Part shown: piece by piece, positions 61,319-64,000 of the stretch
How positions within the stretch are numbered: position 1 is the first letter of the stretch
Layout: every line of letters begins with the position of its first letter
Source of the DNA: Candidatus Bathyarchaeota archaeon
GTDB lineage: Archaea; Thermoproteota; Bathyarchaeia; Bathyarchaeales; Bathycorpusculaceae
NCBI GenBank assembly: GCA_963811105.1
Contig: CAWEPZ010000011.1
Coordinates: 192,001-256,000 of the forward strand
Direction: 5' to 3'
Length of the DNA stretch: 64,000 bases
Translations under genes and position numbers: made by a program
Notes under the pieces: generated by a model
Told to the model about the DNA's origin: nothing
The model's input: the letters and a program-made list of their open reading frames with translations, nothing else
Databases searched by the model: none

Positions 61319-62404
61319 TTAAGCTAAAACTTCATGCAGTCTCTTATGTTCTTTAGCTTGTTTTATTTCCTTGGCTATGCGTCTGCCCATGTACATGTTC
61401 TCGCCATATTTCAGGTAGGCATATGGTGAAGTGCCGATGCCAACGTTTGTTCCCGCGACGATACGGGCTGAGATTTCAAAGGTGAAGATTTTGAGGTCGT
61501 CAGTTATTACAGTTTCCAGGCAGAATGGCCCTATTATTCCCGGGGGCGCCAGTTCCTTGGCTTTTTTGTGGACACTATCGCCCATACGCATCATTTCAGG
61601 CAGCAAAGATTCCCGTAGAACAATAGGGAAGTTGCCAACAACAGTGTACGTTGGATTAACACCTATTTCTAATTGTTCGGCTGCGGGAATTTTGCCGATA
61701 GAATCTACAGCTGACTCGTAACGCCGATCCATGGCTAGAAGTTCAATGTCATCGTTTAGGATTGAGCTGAAGTAGCTGGGGTAAACATTCACGCCTAGCG
61801 CATATTCTTGAAGGTGAATCTGTAGTAAATCTTCCTGCTTAAGCAATCCACGTTTGATTAACTCTTTGAATTTTTTGTAGAAAGCTTCAGGTGAATTTGC
61901 TAAGAAGTATCCGCGTCCACCTTTAGCACCGGGCAATTTGGCGATTACTAAGCGGTCGATGTCTTCGGGAGTTTTGAATGTTTCAGGTAAGCGCAGTCCA
62001 GCTTGGCGAAGCCATTCTTCTTGGGATTTGCGGTTTGCTTCCCAATGAAGTAGTTGCCGGTTTCCAAACATGGGCACAAAGAGGCTGTCAGTTAACTCTT
62101 CTGTACTCAAGTAGGCGGTAAATGAACCGTGGGGTACTAAAACAACGTTTAATTTGCGCAGTTTTTCCTGCATTTTCTCGTTTAGGATTTCAGTGAAGTC
62201 TTTTACTATGATTAACTCGTCAACAAGTGGGTATTTCTGGTACATTATAGCGTCTTTTTCTTTGCAAATACATACAGTACGGAAGCCTTCTTCTTTGGCG
62301 CCTTTGAAAATATTCAGGGAGCTATGTGAGCCCAAGGTGCCGATTGTAATTTTGTTTTGGTCGTATTTGTCAATGATTTTGCCAATGTTCGCATGAGTTA
62401 TCAT
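61319..62404 (-). CDS. purP: PurP family ATP-grasp enzyme (FAICAR synthetase or paralogue)
   Basis: GTLGSHSSL, GAKGGRGYF, DRRYES, VVGNFP..LRESLL, FEISARIVAGTN. Confidence 0.92.
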   Translation of the reverse strand: MITHANIGKIIDKYDQNKITIGTLGSHSSLNIFKGAKEEGFRTVCICKEKDAIMYQKYPLVDELIIVKDFTEILNEKMQEKLRKLNVVLVPHGSFTAYLSTEELTDSLFVPMFGNRQLLHWEANRKSQEEWLRQAGLRLPETFKTPEDIDRLVIAKLPGAKGGRGYFLANSPEAFYKKFKELIKRGLLKQEDLLQIHLQEYALGVNVYPSYFSSILNDDIELLAMDRRYESAVDSIGKIPAAEQLEIGVNPTYTVVGNFPIVLRESLLPEMMRMGDSVHKKAKELAPPGIIGPFCLETVITDDLKIFTFEISARIVAGTNVGIGTSPYAYLKYGENMYMGRRIAKEIKQAKEHKRLHEVLA

Positions 62405-63498
62405 GTTACCACTTCGTCAAGTCTGTTTTTCCTAATTGCGCGTTTTATTTCCATAGCCACGCGTTTACCTGGACCAACTTCGACGCCATACTTATATTTC
62501 ATATAGGGCGAAGTTGGTTCTACACAGGGGCATCCTGGAACTCTGGGGCTAACGTCAAAAACGTAGAAGTCCAAATTCTTAGTAATTGCACCTTGCAAGG
62601 CAAACAAGCCTATCATTCCAGGGGGATACTCTTTTTTGCATGTGTCGACGAATTTTTCAGCTGCTTCAAAGATTTTCTCAATTTGGCTCTCTCGCATGGT
62701 TGCACCCATATGACCGATCTCTATGTTCTGTGTCGAAATATCTAGTTCAAGTTGCTCTTTTGCCGGAAGGTCAAGAACCCCGTCGAGATCAGTTTGGATA
62801 CGTCGATCGAATCCGAGTAGGTCAATGTCGTCATTTAAAGGAGACCAGAAAAGGTTAGCGTTAAACTTCGCACCAATAACGTACTCCTCAATAACAGCGT
62901 GATCGAGTGCTTCCTTGGTTATTATGCCCTTGGCGATACGGTCGCTAGCCATCTTTTTAAATTCAACTGGATTTGATGGGTAGAAAAATGCTCTCTCGAT
63001 AGCTCGTTGCTTTTCTGGAACTTTTACAATTGCTAAACGGTCGATTTCGCTGGGTGACTTGAAGGTTTTTGGTGTTGCTATTCCGGCTTTCTGGAGAAGA
63101 TAGAGTTGGTTTCTCGGAGTGTTACGCTCTTCCGTTCGAAGCATAAGGCGGTTGCCCATAAGAGGTACTGCAAATTTTTGTTCAATTGCTTCGTAGCCCG
63201 CGTACACGCTGAATGAGCGGTTCGGAACGAAAATTGTGTTTAGCTCGGTTAGTTGCTTCACGTTTTCTGGATTATTTATTTCTGAGAATTTGTCTAAGAA
63301 GATAAATTTGTCAAATATGTTTCTGTAATATCTTGCATAGGTTTTTTCTCTGCCATTTTGGCACACAACTACTGTTTTGAACCCTTCCTGTTTGGCTCCT
63401 GAAGCAATTTCAAGAGCGGAGTGTGAACCTAAAACGCCGACGTGAATTTTTTTTGGATTGTAATTGGCTATTGTTTCTTTAATGATATCGTTCATCAT
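62401..63498 (-). CDS. purP: Second PurP-family paralogue
   Basis: GVLGSHSAL, PNRSF, ERAFF, DRRIQTDLDG, EIGH..AT.RES, DVSPRVPG. Confidence 0.88.
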   Translation of the reverse strand: MMNDIIKETIANYNPKKIHVGVLGSHSALEIASGAKQEGFKTVVVCQNGREKTYARYYRNIFDKFIFLDKFSEINNPENVKQLTELNTIFVPNRSFSVYAGYEAIEQKFAVPLMGNRLMLRTEERNTPRNQLYLLQKAGIATPKTFKSPSEIDRLAIVKVPEKQRAIERAFFYPSNPVEFKKMASDRIAKGIITKEALDHAVIEEYVIGAKFNANLFWSPLNDDIDLLGFDRRIQTDLDGVLDLPAKEQLELDISTQNIEIGHMGATMRESQIEKIFEAAEKFVDTCKKEYPPGMIGLFALQGAITKNLDFYVFDVSPRVPGCPCVEPTSPYMKYKYGVEVGPGKRVAMEIKRAIRKNRLDEVVT

Positions 63499-64000
63499 GT
63501 TTTTTCACCCATATACATTTTATAATCCTTAATAACATCTGGAAGCTTGGGCGAGTCAAACATCTTTTTTCCCGTCATTTCGTTTGCTGCCGCCATGTAC
63601 ATTTCGCTAATTACTTTTTTAAGTTGCGAGTCAAGTTTTGGAGGCTGAGACTTGCAAAGTGTTTTCCAATCTTGTACGCCTTTAGCATCTGCCTCTTTTT
63701 TGGCTTGTTCCAAATCGTCATACCAAGCGGTCTTTCTGTAAAATTGCCTCGCAATTTCCTTGCTAACATGAATTCCCTCGAAGGTGAATCTGCATTCGTC
63801 TAATGTGCCAACCACATCAACAATCATTAGGTTCCGTTTTTCGTCGAAAGCTAACTCGATTTTGCCATCCTCGTTGTTTAACCCAGCTTTGGAAGCGACT
63901 TCGCTTATTGTTTCATCCGCGATTAACAGCACTTTTTTAACGTCGGCTAATTCCATGTTTGTTAACCCAGCGATTTTCTGTGCTTCCTGCCACGTCATGT
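63495..64000 (-). CDS. purC: SAICAR synthetase, C-terminal part; runs off the right edge
   Basis: DGKIELA, VDVVGTLDECRF, SKEIARQFY; adjacent to purP genes. Confidence 0.88.
   Translation of the reverse strand, partial: MTWQEAQKIAGLTNMELADVKKVLLIADETISEVASKAGLNNEDGKIELAFDEKRNLMIVDVVGTLDECRFTFEGIHVSKEIARQFYRKTAWYDDLEQAKKEADAKGVQDWKTLCKSQPPKLDSQLKKVISEMYMAAANEMTGKKMFDSPKLPDVIKDYKMYMGEKT

Noticed and set aside
61319-63498. Tandem purP duplication as a novelty
   Set aside because: Pairs of PurP paralogues are well known in archaeal purine clusters.

Overview
A 64-kb chromosomal window from an archaeon of the TACK group, most likely class Bathyarchaeia. This assignment is inferred from a short XPF nuclease, aCPSF1-psmB, RadA, SepF, two PurP paralogues and a diphthamide-less EF-2 paralogue. 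It is mostly housekeeping and metabolic genes: tuf, leuS, tyrS, apgM, a serC/serA/DUF1015 cluster, queT-queC, dinB, lsrF, radA, rqcH, aor and purP/purP/purC. It also holds a stand-alone 23S rRNA gene with no adjacent 16S or 5S, two tRNAs, several pseudogenes, and a small decayed virus/IS relic (a terminase fragment bracketed by two inverted ISH6-like transposase ends). The best candidate for something undescribed is a ~70-nt 5' leader of the queT-queC operon. It can form a pseudoknot with an A-rich linker that covers the Shine-Dalgarno site, which makes it a candidate archaeal preQ0/preQ1-sensing riboswitch. Other leads are a tRNA-Thr(UGU) with a remodelled D/T-loop elbow, three highly paired intergenic elements with no recognised family, and a dinB that seems to need a non-canonical (ACG) start. 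All structures were paired by eye; no folding or database search was run.
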